Below, one piece after another: positions 49,959 to 62,815 of a DNA stretch of 64,000 nt (the first letter of the stretch is position 1; every line of letters begins with the position of its first letter). The notes under the pieces were generated by a model. The model saw only the letters and a list, made by a program, of their open reading frames with translations. It was not told the origin of the DNA and did not search any database. Location of the stretch: the NCBI GenBank assembly GCA_951406725.2, contig OX597814.1, forward strand, positions 27,342,001-27,406,000, read 5' to 3'. The translations under genes were made by a program, and so were the position numbers. Source of the DNA: Octopus vulgaris (lineage: Eukaryota).

Positions 49959-52900
49959 TTAAATTATAAAGAAAAGAAGTCTATAGTTGTGTAACTATTT
50001 AGTAGCTTGCTCATGATCATTGCTCAATATAATTCTTTCTACTATAGGCACAAGACCTGAAATTTTGCAGGGAAGAGGTGAAAAGTCGATTACATCGACC
50101 CCCAGCGCTCAACAGGGATTGGTTTTATCAACTCCCAAAAAGATGACAGGCAAAGCTGACATCGGCGAAATTTGAGCTTAGCAAGCAAAAAGAGCTGGAC
50201 GAACAACCGTTAAACATTTTGTCCGACACGCTAGTGCTTCTAACTCATTGCCTTATACATGGCAGATAAGAGTAATACAGCATATTGTGAGATCTCATCC
50301 AAGACACTTTCCAACAGTATTGTAATAGGTTAAGCGTAAACTCAATTTTTTTTATGACTTCAAATTTTATGTTGATATGTTGTGTAATGATTGTAAGTTA
50401 TTGAATGGTTAAAAAAATATAACGGACTTTTTTTTTTGTCTGTATATAGTGAAAAAAATGTCTATTTTCACCATTATAATTGTAATCTATGCCATCGAAA
50501 ACGTATCTTTATAAAACTTTCATAAAATTTATATTCATTAAGAAAGTTACGAGGAAACAAAGCAGACAAGACCAAGGGCACTATATTGTAATTGTCCATT
50601 ATCTATGACAGTAGGGTGTGATTTGAGATACTTCGCTACTATTTCTAGCAATTTGAACTGCCATCCTAGAGGCTCCCACGTTAGCTCGTAAAATGGAGAG
50701 CATAATAAAAACAAAGTCTTTCTTTAATTTTGTCATTAATTTAAAAAGAAAAACATAATAAAGAAAATCGAAAAAGTAGAAAACTGTTATGGCTCGTGCT
50801 TTTCAACCACCTAGTTCCGAGTTCAATCTCGCCGTGGAACACTTAGGGCAAGTGTCTTCTATCGTTGCTTTGAACCAACCAATATTTAGTGGGTGGAATT
50901 TGGTTAACGGAGCCTGTACAGGAGATCGTCGTCGTGTGTGCATCTATATCTTTGTTTATAGTTAAACCCGTGTTGTTGTCTATGTAACTTAAATGGCTCG
51001 CCAAATAGAGGTCGATTTAATTAAGTTCTAGGATTTTAAAAGATCCAAGTTCTAAACGATATGATCAACTAAAGGCGAAAGATCGACTGAAAACCTTGAT
51101 TGCGACACTACAGAATGGCAATATAGTTTAATGATTGCGTGAAATCAGTAAAAGAGTAGAAAATCGTAATCTCTGTTCTTGAAAATGGAGGAATCCGAAT
51201 AAGGTTATGTTTTTCCCCCAAAAAAAATAATATTAATAAAATGTGGCAGAGCTTAGATTTGAAACTGCATCAGCTCAGTAACGAGAATAATTTCGAATAA
51301 CTTTTCTGGAGGCAACACCTTCAAAATGTAAAGCAGCAGATGGATTGGATGTGTCAATTGCTTGATAGATTTTAAAGCTGGCATAGGCAGCTATTTTCAA
51401 GTATCAGGTCGTGTGAGACATGGCTTATCAGGCGTACGGCATTACTAAAAAAAAATTCAAGATCATTTTTCGTAAGTACGCCATTCAGAAAGTTCTGTGG
51501 GTCGCAGTTTGCCCATGACTTATCTAAAGAGAACATACTTATTGTCCTGTCAATATATTTACATTGTATAAGGCATTCAGCTTGAAGATTCGTTATTACG
51601 CCGGGCAAAATGTCGATAAGCATGCTTAGAGGCATTTTCTGCCGAGATCAACTTTGCCTTTCATCCTTTCGGTATCGATAAAATAAGTACCAGTTGAGCG
51701 CTGGAGTCGATGTAATCGACTTACTCCTCCCACACGCTGTGCTCCAGCACAAAACCAATAATTATTAAAATAGACTGAAGAATTTTGATAGGGGTAATGT
51801 TTCTATATAACGCTTTGCGTGCTCTAATTATTTTACGTGTATCTTTTTCATTGACAGCGAAGAACTATTACTTTATTGGAGAAAATAAAGCAAACATTAT
51901 TTCATTGAACAAGTAGACGGAAACAAGAGTCTATTATTTAAACTGTTGTAAGTGTATTTCATTAAGATATATTAATTTTATCAGGTATTTCGAAGTAGAA
52001 AGTTGTTTTAAGATTCTTAGATAATATCGACCAAGAAGTGAGAGTCATTTTAGCTTATTGGAGCAAGCATCTTCCGATTTCAGTTTCAGCTTTTGTGTGG
52101 GTCACTTTAGCATTTCATCTTTGTTTACGCGATGAAGAAAATAAACACCACCTATTTATACCAGGACAAATTATTTTATTCTTAGATCTTGTGTGTCATA
52201 CATACATACAAAATACATGCACGCATGTCAGTATTTGAGCATGTGCCCATGTCTTTGTTTGTGGGTGTTGAGTTGCGTCCCTTTATATCAAAAAAAGGGT
52301 AACTAAGTGAATACAAATTGCCACAATTATTACCAGATTGAAATAGGTACTGAAATTAAAGATGATCGGCTAAACGTTTGCAAAAGACCGCCGTTTGTGT
52401 ACGTGTACGTGTTATTTATGTTGTCCTTATACGTCCAGTAATTTTAGCAGCTTGATAAATAGCTTGTTAAAAAACTATCGAAAGATCGACTGAAAACCTT
52501 AATTGCGACACTACAGAATGGCAATATAGTTCAATGACTGAGTGAAACCAGTGAAAGAGTAAAACATCGTAATCTGTTCCTGAAAACATAGGAATCGAAT
52601 AAGTTTATGTGTTGCTAAAGAAAATGTGGCGGAGCTTAGATTTGAAACAGCATCAGCTCAGTAACGAGAAATAAACCGCAGTATATTATTAGGTAACTGG
52701 CCCTAAATTTTGACCAGTAGTATTTCAGCTGCAACGTATGATCGACTGAATTTTCCACGAGTTTCCCCCCAAAAAACAAATATAAATTGAGATGCGCATC
52801 ACTATCAGTATAGAGAGTCAAAGACAACAGAAGTCCGTAAGAAGCAGGTTTCTTGGTTGCTGCTTGACCCCGGATTAAAAAGGAATCATTTGACTTAGAA

Positions 52901-53246
52901 TGGACACAGACTTTTCTCGCCTCTCACAACACGAAGATATGGCTACCTTTTCTAGCTACCATGCAATCATACTTCTAGTGATAAATCCTTATCTAGACAC
53001 TTTTGGTATACGGTTGCTCTTGACAAAAATCTCTATTATATTTTATGTAAATAAATAGTTTCATCGAAAACATTGAATGGTCTTAGTTTTAATGTGGGTA
53101 ACAGCACGCAACTAAAATCAGCTCTACCAATCATTCAACACCTAGTTAATCATGTTTCCACAAAGTGAACATATTTAGTAATCTTTCAAGGAGTTTTGAT
53201 ATATTTAAATTAGTTTGCACGGCCTCACTTTTATAAAAATGATATA

Positions 53247-53478
53247 TATTTCTTTACTACCCACAAGGGGCTAAACATAGAGGGGGACAAACAAAGACAG
53301 ACAAAGGGATTAAGTCAATTACATCGACCCCAGTGCGAAACTGGTACTTAATTTATCGACCCCGAAAGGATGAAAGGCAAAGTCGACCTCGGCGGAATTT
53401 GAACTCAGAATGTAACGACAGACGAAATACGGCTACGCATTTCGCCCGGCGTGCTAACGTTTCTGCCAGCTCGCCGCC
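53247..53478 (-). mobile_element. Young family C SINE monomer
   Basis: 17-bp TSD TTTATAAAAATGATATA; CpGs intact; element ends ...GTAAAGAAATA. Confidence 0.93.
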
Positions 53479-55776
53479 TTTATAAAAATGATATAGGATG
53501 TTTGAGGTTCTTGCTTTTTCAGAAAACTGTTACACTATGAAAGTGCAAAGAAATAGATTTAATCTAGATTCGAAAATGTGTCGCGGATTTGGTTCACGAG
53601 GAACCTTCACTCACTCTAATTTTAATCGATTTCGAATTCTTTCGTGGGTGGGAGTCGATAAAAAAAATAAATAACAGTGGTATAGTGAGAAAACGATTCG
53701 ATCGATATAGCCCAACCGAACAAATGCGTGACCTTGAAGCGATGTTAGAAATCAATATACAACAACAACAATAAAAACACATAGAAGTTTAAAATACATC
53801 TGTGCTGGAGTAGAAGAGAGGATGAGTCCAATATAATAAATACTGATGTACAGTATCTTTATCGATAATACACAGAAGACAAAAGAAAAATCAAAACAAA
53901 TATATATATATGTAGAGGTAATTGATGTTAATAGAGAATTCTATGCACTAGTCTGATTCTTGTGGGTTTTGGTATTGTCATAGACAGTATTTAATTAGAA
54001 ACACATATATACACACCCATGCGGATATGTGTTTATATTTGCTAATGTAATTATGTTATCGTAATTGAGTCTGCTGTTATGGTAATTGTTTGTTTTTTTT
54101 TTATTTGTCCTCTCATTGAGTTAATCAACTACATAATAAGTTTATTAATTTAGTTTCCGAACCATATACATTCATTAAGTACCAGTAAGTCCAGTCCCTA
54201 TATTTCACAAGATGTTCCAAATCCCTATATTCAGCAAACATTTGAAATTTCATTTCTTATATTTTCCATGATGTGTATATTTTTTATATTTATCATTTTA
54301 ATCGCCAGAAAGTTACACCACAAAACTCTTGGTCCTTCAATCATTTTTACAACTTTCAGTCAATTACACACATCTGTGTATCATGCTTAATGCAGATACA
54401 TCGCGAAAAGGCATTCTTCGTCCAGCTGTAATATCCCTTAAGGACGCACTGTGTTTAATAACACTAATATATCAGTAGCAGAAGAAAATCGTCTAGCGGA
54501 GATGAAAATTCCAGATATACATCTATGCTTCATTAGACTTTGTAAGTAGCATGTACTCACTGGAAACCACATGTTAAGACAAAGCCATCGTTACTGATGT
54601 GGAAAAACAGTGACTGAAAATTCACTGGTGCCGTAATTAGCCGGCAGACTGCAGTTAATTTGGGTTTTCGTGATGTATTTGCATTACGCATGATATGCAG
54701 ATGGCTGTTTTAATCTAAGCCTGCTTTTGTTGTATATAACCAATATGTATTCATGACTTGAGCACAGTTTATCCTGTTTGTTCCACCAAACTAGGCAGTA
54801 GCTATAACACACTATTTTCAAGGTAGATTAGAAATGGATTTGTTTTTCATACAGTTCTGTTTTGGGTAATTTTGAAGATTCGATTATACAATTCGCGAGA
54901 ATTTGGTACTTATTCCAGAGAGTGAAAGAACAAACTCAGCAATAATCGGCTTTTGCTGGAAATGAACAATAAACTGAACCCTAATGTAATTATATCAGTT
55001 AACTATTACTTCAGTATGGACACCAACCTTCTCCATAACAATCTGGTTTTCAATTGCTGCCCACGAATAGATCAAATCAGAGAAGAAAGAAACTTGTTTG
55101 ATGCCTCGATAGTGCCTGCACAAATAACACTTCCGAGCTTTTCTATCTCAACACAACTGGCAATTCACCAAACGCAATGGTTAATTACAGAACACAGCCA
55201 AATTATTAATTAATATCAGCTACGAAAGAAAATGGTGCTTTCAATATCAATTGTCAAAGTGCAAATACTCTGTAGGAAGTAATTCCTTTCAACCAGATCG
55301 TCAATGTTAATAATGTCTTCTATGATTCTCACAGACGTTTGCTGTCTGAAATTTTCAGCCTTTTCTTCAATAAATAAATAATTCCGAAATAAACTTTCAG
55401 TTTGATAACGGGACGCTTTCGCTTTACGAATCAGACAGTGAAATTACTCTGACCTCGGTAGCGATCGGTATAATAAAGTGAAAGTAGATTAATGTTCGGC
55501 AGTATCGACCAAGTCATCATTACATGAAACTTGAAGAATCTTCTTTGAAACAGACTACTAATATCATTCTCATCAACAAACGTCATTTATAAAATGCATT
55601 CGGGAGTATTATAGTCTATGTTATAATTACATTTCACTTTCAGATAAAAAAGAATGTTATAAATAAACATTAGACATCAGTGCATAGTGTAGTGACATAG
55701 CGTGGGTTAGTGCGGTAACCAAATTGGTTACCCACTTCCATAAATGTGATGTACCTACAACTACAGCAAGCATGTA

Positions 55777-56298
55777 CCGTAAATCCTCGGGTATAGTCCG
55801 CCCTTGAGTATAATACGCAGGGGATTTTTAGAGGGCTGTACTTCTGAAAAACCTAAACTTTGTGTATAATACGCGCCCCTTCTCTAACTTGAGTCGTGCG
55901 TAATTAAGCCAGCAGCACCTAGTCGAACAAACACTTCCGCGTATGCGTAATACAATAATGGTGATGTTCTTAACTGTTATATGGGAACGTAAATATGTTT
56001 GCAAATTGTTTTTGTTACATGTTATTCTGTGTTCAGAATACTTTTATTTTAATAAATGTTGTTTACTGCAAGTTATGGATGATTCTTTTATGACTTCATT
56101 GCTTTCAGGCTTAGCTTAATGTATTTTCGCGCCCGACGTCACAAAATGCGTCTGAATAAATATTGCCGGACAGCAAATAGAGACTCGAACATTGCTTAGA
56201 AAATATTTTTCATTTTTAACCTCGTATATAGTACGCACTAGGGATTTTGACCTTTAAATTTTAGGGAAAAAATGCGGATTATACTTGAGGATTTACGC
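55777..56298. mobile_element. Tc1/mariner(pogo)-type MITE
   Basis: TA-CCGTAAATCCTCGGGTATA...TATACTTGAGGATTTACGC-TA, with subterminal GTATAATACGC repeats. Confidence 0.8.
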
Positions 56299-57222
56299 TA
56301 TATAAAATGGAAGCCCTGTCGATCCGTATACTCCACACTACGCCATTGCGTTTGTATCCAATATATTAGTTTTCTTTCGTTTTCAAACGAATTATTCGGA
56401 CCAATGTGCTAAGATATATTTAGATTAAAATACTTAATAGCATACAAATATATTTTATGACCGTTATATTAATTTATTTTTACATATTTTATTTTTTATC
56501 TTTGTTTTTGTTTTTAATTATTGACACGCTTGAAAACATAAACATGTTTAAATTCAGTCTTTTCTTGGATCTGTGAATCCTCATATATCAAACATTACAC
56601 TGATTCTTACCCAGAAACAATAGATTTTTATAATTTTATTATAGGTAAGAATCGAAACAATTGTATGTAATTTGTATTTAATATTTGTTATATTATATTA
56701 TATTATTATAAGAATATAATATAATACTATGTTAATAAATTTTAATTTTGAATTGCCAATTGTACATCACCATTTTCTATTCATTTTTATAAATTTAATA
56801 TATACCCATATGAATTGTAATGTTTTCTCTACAAAATTGGGTATATTGTATAATCGATCGTGGGTAAGACCAAAACAACGCGAATAAATGCAAGGTAAAC
56901 CACAAGAAAACAAATATGTGAATTAATGTAGACTTACTTTGTATTCAATATTTTGGGGTTATGACCCCATTTTCAAGAAATTGATGAATGTTGCCGATGT
57001 GCGTGTGTATAAGCGTGTGTGGAGTGAAAATGCGCAGAAGGGTGTTGCTATAGCAACCAGCTAGCTTCACATATTTGTTTTCTAGTGATTTACCTTGCAT
57101 TTACTTCGCATTGTTTTGGCCTTACCCACGATCTTTTATACAATATATTCTACACAATGTTTCATAGTACTTATTCCACACACACACACACACACACATA
57201 CACACCCATATATATATATATA

Positions 57223-57583
57223 CAGGGTGTCCCAGAAGTTGCGCACCACCCTGGTTTTTTTAAAAGAATATACCCTTATTGATTTCAAAACACTTAATCC
57301 GTTTGTCTGTCCTTGTTTGTCCTCTCTGTGTTTAGCCCCTTGTGGGTAGTAAAGAAATAGGTATTTCGTCTACCGTTACGTTCTGAGTTCAAATTCCGCC
57401 GAGGTCGACTTTGCCTTTCATCCTTTCGGGGTCGATTAAATAAGTACCATCGAAATCAATGGTAACAAATGCTCAAATTGAGCATCCTCTACAATAAAAC
57501 ATGCAGAAAAAATGTAATAAAATAAAATGCTTTAATTATTTTAAATGAAAACCAGAATGGTGCGCGACTTCTGGGATACCCTG
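57223..57583. mobile_element. Tc1/mariner MITE containing a permuted SINE fragment
   Basis: TIR CAGGGTGTCCCAGAAGTTGCGCACCA / TGGTGCGCGACTTCTGGGATACCCTG; follows a (TA)n tract. Confidence 0.85.
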
Positions 57584-57660
57584 TTTATAAAATAAAGTTA
57601 ATCGCCGCATCAAAGTGGCTGTTCTTTGTTACTACTAGTTTACCCTCAGGTACGTCTTCT

Positions 57661-58250
57661 TATTTCTTTACTGCCCACAAGGAGCTTCACACAGAGGAGA
57701 CAAACAAGGACAGACAAACGGATTAAGTCGATTACATCGACCCCAGTGCATAACTGGTACTTATTTAATCGACCCCGAAAGGATGAAAGGCAAAGTCAAC
57801 CTCGGTGGAATTTGAACTCAGAACGTATCGGTAGACGAAATACCTATTTCTTTATTACCCACAAGGGGCTAAACACAGAGAGGACAAACAAGGACATATA
57901 AACGGATTAAGTCGATTACATCGACCCCAGCGCGTAACTGGTACTTATTTAATCGACCCCGAAAGGATGAAAGGCAAAGTCAACCTCGGTGGAATTTGAA
58001 CTCAGAACGTATCGGTAGACGAAATACCTATTTCTTTACTACCCACAAGGGGCTAAACACAGAGAGGACAAATGAGAACAGACATAGGTATTAAGTCGAT
58101 TACATCGACTCCAGTGCGTAACTGGTACTTAATTTATCGACCCCGAAAGGATGAAAGGCAAAGTCGACCTCGGCGGAATTTGAACTCACAACGTATCGGT
58201 AGACGAAATACAGCTAAGCATTTCGTCTGGTGTGCTAACGTTTCGGCCAG
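57661..58250 (-). mobile_element. Family C SINE trimer with fixed junctions
   Basis: GAAATACCTATTTC at 57837-57850 and 58021-58034. Confidence 0.92.
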
Positions 58251-58342
58251 CTTGTTATCGGTGTGGCGCTGCACCCTGTATATACAATATATATTGCTAG
58301 CAGAGATAGTGAACGCCTACTACCCTCTAGCAGACAACAGAA

Positions 58343-58391
58343 TCGCGAGACTGACTCAGTTTCGAGCTGGTTGGCGCACCTTCAGTCGTGA
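58343..58391 (-). ncRNA. Type I hammerhead motif (left arm)
   Basis: TCACGA-CTGAAGG-TGCGC CAACCA GCTC-GAAA-CTGA G TCAG-TC-TCGCGA. Confidence 0.65.
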
Positions 58392-58505
58392 GTATCTGGT
58401 CACCAGAGCGATAGCCAGGGTCCTTTCCAGCCAGCAATATATTGTAAACAAAGCGACCATCGGTCACTGATTTGCAACAAGCAAAAGGCTCTGGCGACCA
58501 GGTAC

Positions 58506-58554
58506 TTGCGACTGAAGACGAGCCAACCAGCTCGAAACTGCGTCACTCTCGTGA
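58506..58554 (+). ncRNA. Type I hammerhead motif (right arm)
   Basis: TTGCGA-CTGAAGA-C-GAGC CAACCA GCTC-GAAA-CTGC G TCAC-TC-TCGTGA. Confidence 0.7.
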
Positions 58555-58816
58555 TCCTGTCGTCTGCTAGAGGATGGTAAGGGTTCGCTACCCCTGCTAG
58601 CAATATATATTGCATATACAGAGTGCAATGCTGCACTGATAACCAGCTAGCAGAAGACCTGCCTGGGGTTAAACTAATAGTATCATGGAACAGCCACTTT
58701 GATGTGGCGATTAATTTTACTTGTTAGTATAGTTACTACTCTGATCTCTTCTTGAGATTCTACAACAAGCCATTTTGCTTACGCACGCACACACACACAC
58801 ACACACACACACATAC

Positions 58817-58851
<35 letters not shown>

Positions 58852-58892
58852 TGTATATATGTATGTACATAAATATATATGTGCGCGCGCGC

Positions 58893-58924
<32 letters not shown>

Positions 58925-58927
58925 ACG

Positions 58928-58995
<68 letters not shown>

Positions 58996-59036
58996 CTAGA
59001 AACCGTTCAGATTAATTTTATTCCCCTCATTTTATT

Positions 59037-59106
<70 letters not shown>

Positions 59107-59421
59107 TGTGTGGGTGTGTGTGCTTTCCGAAATAAACTTTCAGTTTCGAAGAGAACAATTCCATCACTTCCGAGTTTCCAAAAATTGACGATGTACCGAG
59201 TTCAGTAGTTTCACTTTCTGATTCATAAAACGAAATATTAATTGAAATCCCTATGCACAATGCCCAGTGTGTTCAAGAGGAGTGCAAATAAATTGCTGTA
59301 ATGTCCACATTGTCATTCGAAAAAGATTATCAGCTTAAATGAAACGAACGTACTTCAACAGAGAATTGCGAAGAAATCATCAGCTTAAATGAAAGAAGAG
59401 CACCCAGAGAGCACAAACCTC

Positions 59422-60647
59422 GGATCTTTTCCTTTTGAACGGCACATGTCAACACAATTTCTAGTTAACTAAACACTTTTAAACTTCGTATATTGGTAGA
59501 ATGTGTCAAAATAAAACATTTTTTTTCTCTTGGCTTTCTTGATAAAATTGTAATTCGTTTAATAATAATAATAATGAAATTATTGTATACAGTGCTCAGG
59601 TGCACCACAACTTGTCAGAAAGTGCATATAAAGTACATGCAGTAATGTAGAAATGTCTGGAAAGTGAACATGCTTGTGTGTGTATGGAGGGGAGAAAATC
59701 AAGTGTAGTGTTGGCGAATCTCAGGAAGCATGGAAGTTTTGAAGGATGCAGTGCTCCGACAACTAACAACCGATGCCGGCAGTTTGTTCCACGCTTCAGC
59801 AACTCTCAGCGTGAAAAAATGTTTCCTGAAGTCATGGGAGCTGTGCTGTTTTTTTACTTTGTAAATATGTCCACGGGTGTTAGATGGGTGGAGTTTGAAG
59901 AGGTGCTCAGAGTTATTGTTTGTGCGATGGTTGATAATTTTATGGGTGTCTGCCAAGTCAGCTGCCAGACGTCGGAGTTTCAATGTGTCCATGCCCAGGG
60001 AAGTAAGGCGTTCAGGATATGGCAAATGCCTGGTTTAACGTAGTTTAATTTTTCGAATTTTAACCAATCAATTGCCTCTAATTGAGCTAAAATCATTTGC
60101 TGCGTCTAAAACTGAAGCATCATCTTGTCACTAACCCTAACTTTAACCCTAACCCTCACCCTCACCCTAACCCTAAATTTTAGCCTTTCGTTTTGTTTTT
60201 CTTAATTGTTAAATTAATTTAAGAATAACAATTAAGAAAAAAAAAACGAAAGGCTAAAACGAAAGCAATGGAAAATAATTTAAACAATTAACAAACAAAA
60301 TAATTCTATAATTTTATACACACGCTTTCCGTAGTATACGGAACAATTAAATTAATTTAATAATTAAGAAAAAAAAATTTAGGGTTAGGGTGAGGGTGAG
60401 GGTTAGGGCTAGTGACAGGATGTTGTCTCAGTTTTAGACGCAGCAAATGATTTTAGCTCACTAGAGGCGATTCATTGGTTAAAATTCGAAAAATTAAACT
60501 ACGTTAAACAAACAAATTACAATTTTATCAAGAAAGCCAAGGGAAAAAAATGTTTTATTTTGGCACATTCTACCAGTATACGAAGTTTTAAAGTGTTTAG
60601 TTAACTAGAAATTGTGTTGACATGTGCCGTTCAAAACGAAAAGATCC
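59422..60647. mobile_element. Long-TIR foldback element (GGATCTTTT family) with internal telomere-like repeats
   Basis: 8-bp TSD CAAACCTC; arms of roughly 290 bp ending in (CCCTAA/CCCTCA)n at 60133-60176 and (TTAGGG/TGAGGG)n at 60379-60408. Confidence 0.9.
59560..60030 (-). mobile_element. 5'-truncated CR1/L2-like LINE inserted in the foldback arm
   Basis: ORF 59699-60025 has YPERL..L..RR..DL, TRGH..K and FF..RV..WNKLP motifs typical of the ORF2 C-terminus; (ATT)n tail. Confidence 0.9.
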
Positions 60648-60650
60648 CAA

Positions 60651-60990
60651 ACCTCCGCCAAGGCAACACCAACTTCTTCTCAACGATTAGCTGAAGAGGA
60701 TTTTTTAAAATGAGAATATCTGAAATAAACTCGACTGCTCTCACAAACGAGAATACTAAAACTGAACCCGACCTCTCTCAAAAATTAAATAAATAAACCG
60801 GAAACATAATCCAGAATCCTTGTCGGGCACTGGATCGCTCCCAAAATCTAACAGTTCGTGCCAGTTACGAGGCCAAACATCCCTGAAAGCTACACCCAAA
60901 TCCATCCAGTGATTCTTGAGATATCATGTCCATGGACAAACAAACGAACAAACACGACTGAAAACAATACCTCCGTTTTCGCTAAGGCGA
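60651..60990. repeat. Possible Helentron/DINE-like non-autonomous element
   Basis: ACCTCCGCCAAGG start, (CAAA)n microsatellite and AAAACAATACCTCC...GGCG end. Confidence 0.3.
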
Positions 60991-62034
60991 ACATACCTTC
61001 AACAGAGAATTGCATCACACTTGTCACAAAACTGTAGCTAGTTTAGACAGCAACCTTAAGTTTTATGCATATATAATGGTGGACTTGAAAGGCAAACTGC
61101 CAAACCTTGACACAGTAAACTACAATCTACCTTTCTATAATAGTAAATATTGTGCCATGCATGAAACTTTAAACAATATCTTCTAAACTTACAACAATTT
61201 ACTTGGAATCATTTTCCTAAAAACATACGAACATGGTTTACTGTAATAATGGTTCGGCAGTTGTTTTCCTTTCATATTGTTGCCCATCATTATATGTATA
61301 TAAGACGAGAAAAAAATGCTGTTCAGGTTTCTTTTTTGATTATGAACAAATGTTCTGTATTTTAGTGGAAAATGGGGCATTTATTCATTTCCTCCTCTTG
61401 CCTATCCTATAAATGAAATGTAAGAGAACTGTTACATAACTCTGTATACGTTATTTTTGCTAGTTCTTTTTCATTTACAGCGGAAGTAAAGTAACGTAAA
61501 CTGAATCCACATTACGGACTCTTTATAGCGGAAACTATTACTTTTTTTACTCAACGCAGAAACTTTAAATATATTGCATTTTCGTATACGAAAAGATGAT
61601 TTATGAATTAATACCCAAGTTAATGAAAGAACATCAACAACAGCTGGGCTATCGGGATTTCCATTTCTCTTAGAGTCTATTTAAAAGTCAATATAATCCA
61701 CATGTTCTCTCAGCCAGACGTATGAACCTTATAAGCATTGTTGTGATACTTTGACATTAAAAAATGCGACTGTGGTTAATTATATGTTGTAACAACAGCA
61801 TATTTTATAATCCTAATTGTACATGCAAACGATTTGACTCTTGCTGTTTCGAAATGTTTTATGTTAAATAAAATATTGATTTGAAATAAAATATATTTAA
61901 AAATAAACAAAGTTTAATCTTTCAGATTAAAAACCTTGAAACATGAGATTTTATAGGAGAGGAAATGGAAATTGAAAAAATATTAGTAACGTAAAACATG
62001 AGAATATGGCTTTAAATAATTTAACTGGGTGGTA

Positions 62035-62766
62035 GGATCTTTTCCTTTTGAACAGCACTTTTCAACACAATTTCTAGTTAACTAAATACTTTTAAACTTC
62101 GTATACTGGTAGAATGTGTTTATAAAACATCATTTTTTCTTGGCTTTATTAAGAAAATTCTATAGGTTGTAAGATATTTCGTCTGAAATTTCGAGCATTT
62201 CGGCAATCTTAACCAATCACTGGAGTCCATTTAGGTAAACAACATTCCGTGCATAATGAATATGTCCCTCCTTTAAGAAACAGATTGGGTTTATTTACAT
62301 TTGTGAAGAAAAAGATACCCTTCCCCCACCCCTAACCCTAACCCTAACCCTAACCCTAACTCTCACCCTAAATGCAATAGATCGATAGTAGGGTCATAAT
62401 TATGGGTGGACACTAAAGAGGGAACGGTTTTGTTATCCAGCTCTATTTACGAGTGACTCCTCAGTTTATGGCTACAGGGTATCTTTTTTCTCATAAATAA
62501 CAGTGACAAATTCATATGACACCGCCAGAAAATGTTGACAAAATACGGCAGATATTGTATTCACCTCAATAGACGTCATTGATTGGTTGAAATTGCCGAA
62601 ATGCAAGAAGTTAAACAACAAATAGCTTACAAACTACAGGATTTTCTCAAGAAAGCCAAGAGAAAAAGATGTTTTATGTAACACATTCTACCAGTATACG
62701 AAGTTTAAAAGTGTTTAGTTAGAAAGAAATTATTTAAAAAATCTGCCGGTCAAAGTGAAAAGATCC
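62035..62766. mobile_element. GGATCTTTT-family foldback element with (CCCTAA)n
   Basis: Terminal GGATCTTTT/AAAAGATCC, long imperfect arms, telomere-like run at ~62330-62370; no clear TSD. Confidence 0.8.
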
Positions 62767-62815
62767 AAATATATTCCTATAACTGAAAAAGAGACTGATT
62801 GCAGTTAGAACGTCA

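Larger units (their letters stand above)
57593..58719. mobile_element. Foldback of two diverged ~230-bp arms (Penelope pLTR-like), each with a hammerhead motif; left arm split by a SINE trimer
   Basis: 57593-57660 plus 58246-58410 is the reverse complement of ~58488-58719, with scattered mostly transition differences. Confidence 0.85.

Noticed and set aside
54953-55600. Coding-like unique sequence on either strand
   Set aside because: Interrupted frames with no recognisable motif or splice framework
58072-58636. Paralogous ORF pair on opposite strands (..YPLAD.RI.R.TQFRAGW..)
   Set aside because: A consequence of the inverted repeat arms; no known protein motif
60686-60740. CTGAAGA...GAAA as another hammerhead (similar cases near 36900, 59380 and 62907)
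   Set aside because: No convincing stem I or stem III/NUH; the 62907 motif is just CTGATGAAAC inside a Helitron
60133-62370. Chromosome end or fusion site suggested by inverted TTAGGG runs
   Set aside because: The runs are short and lie inside TIR elements, one of which has an exact TSD
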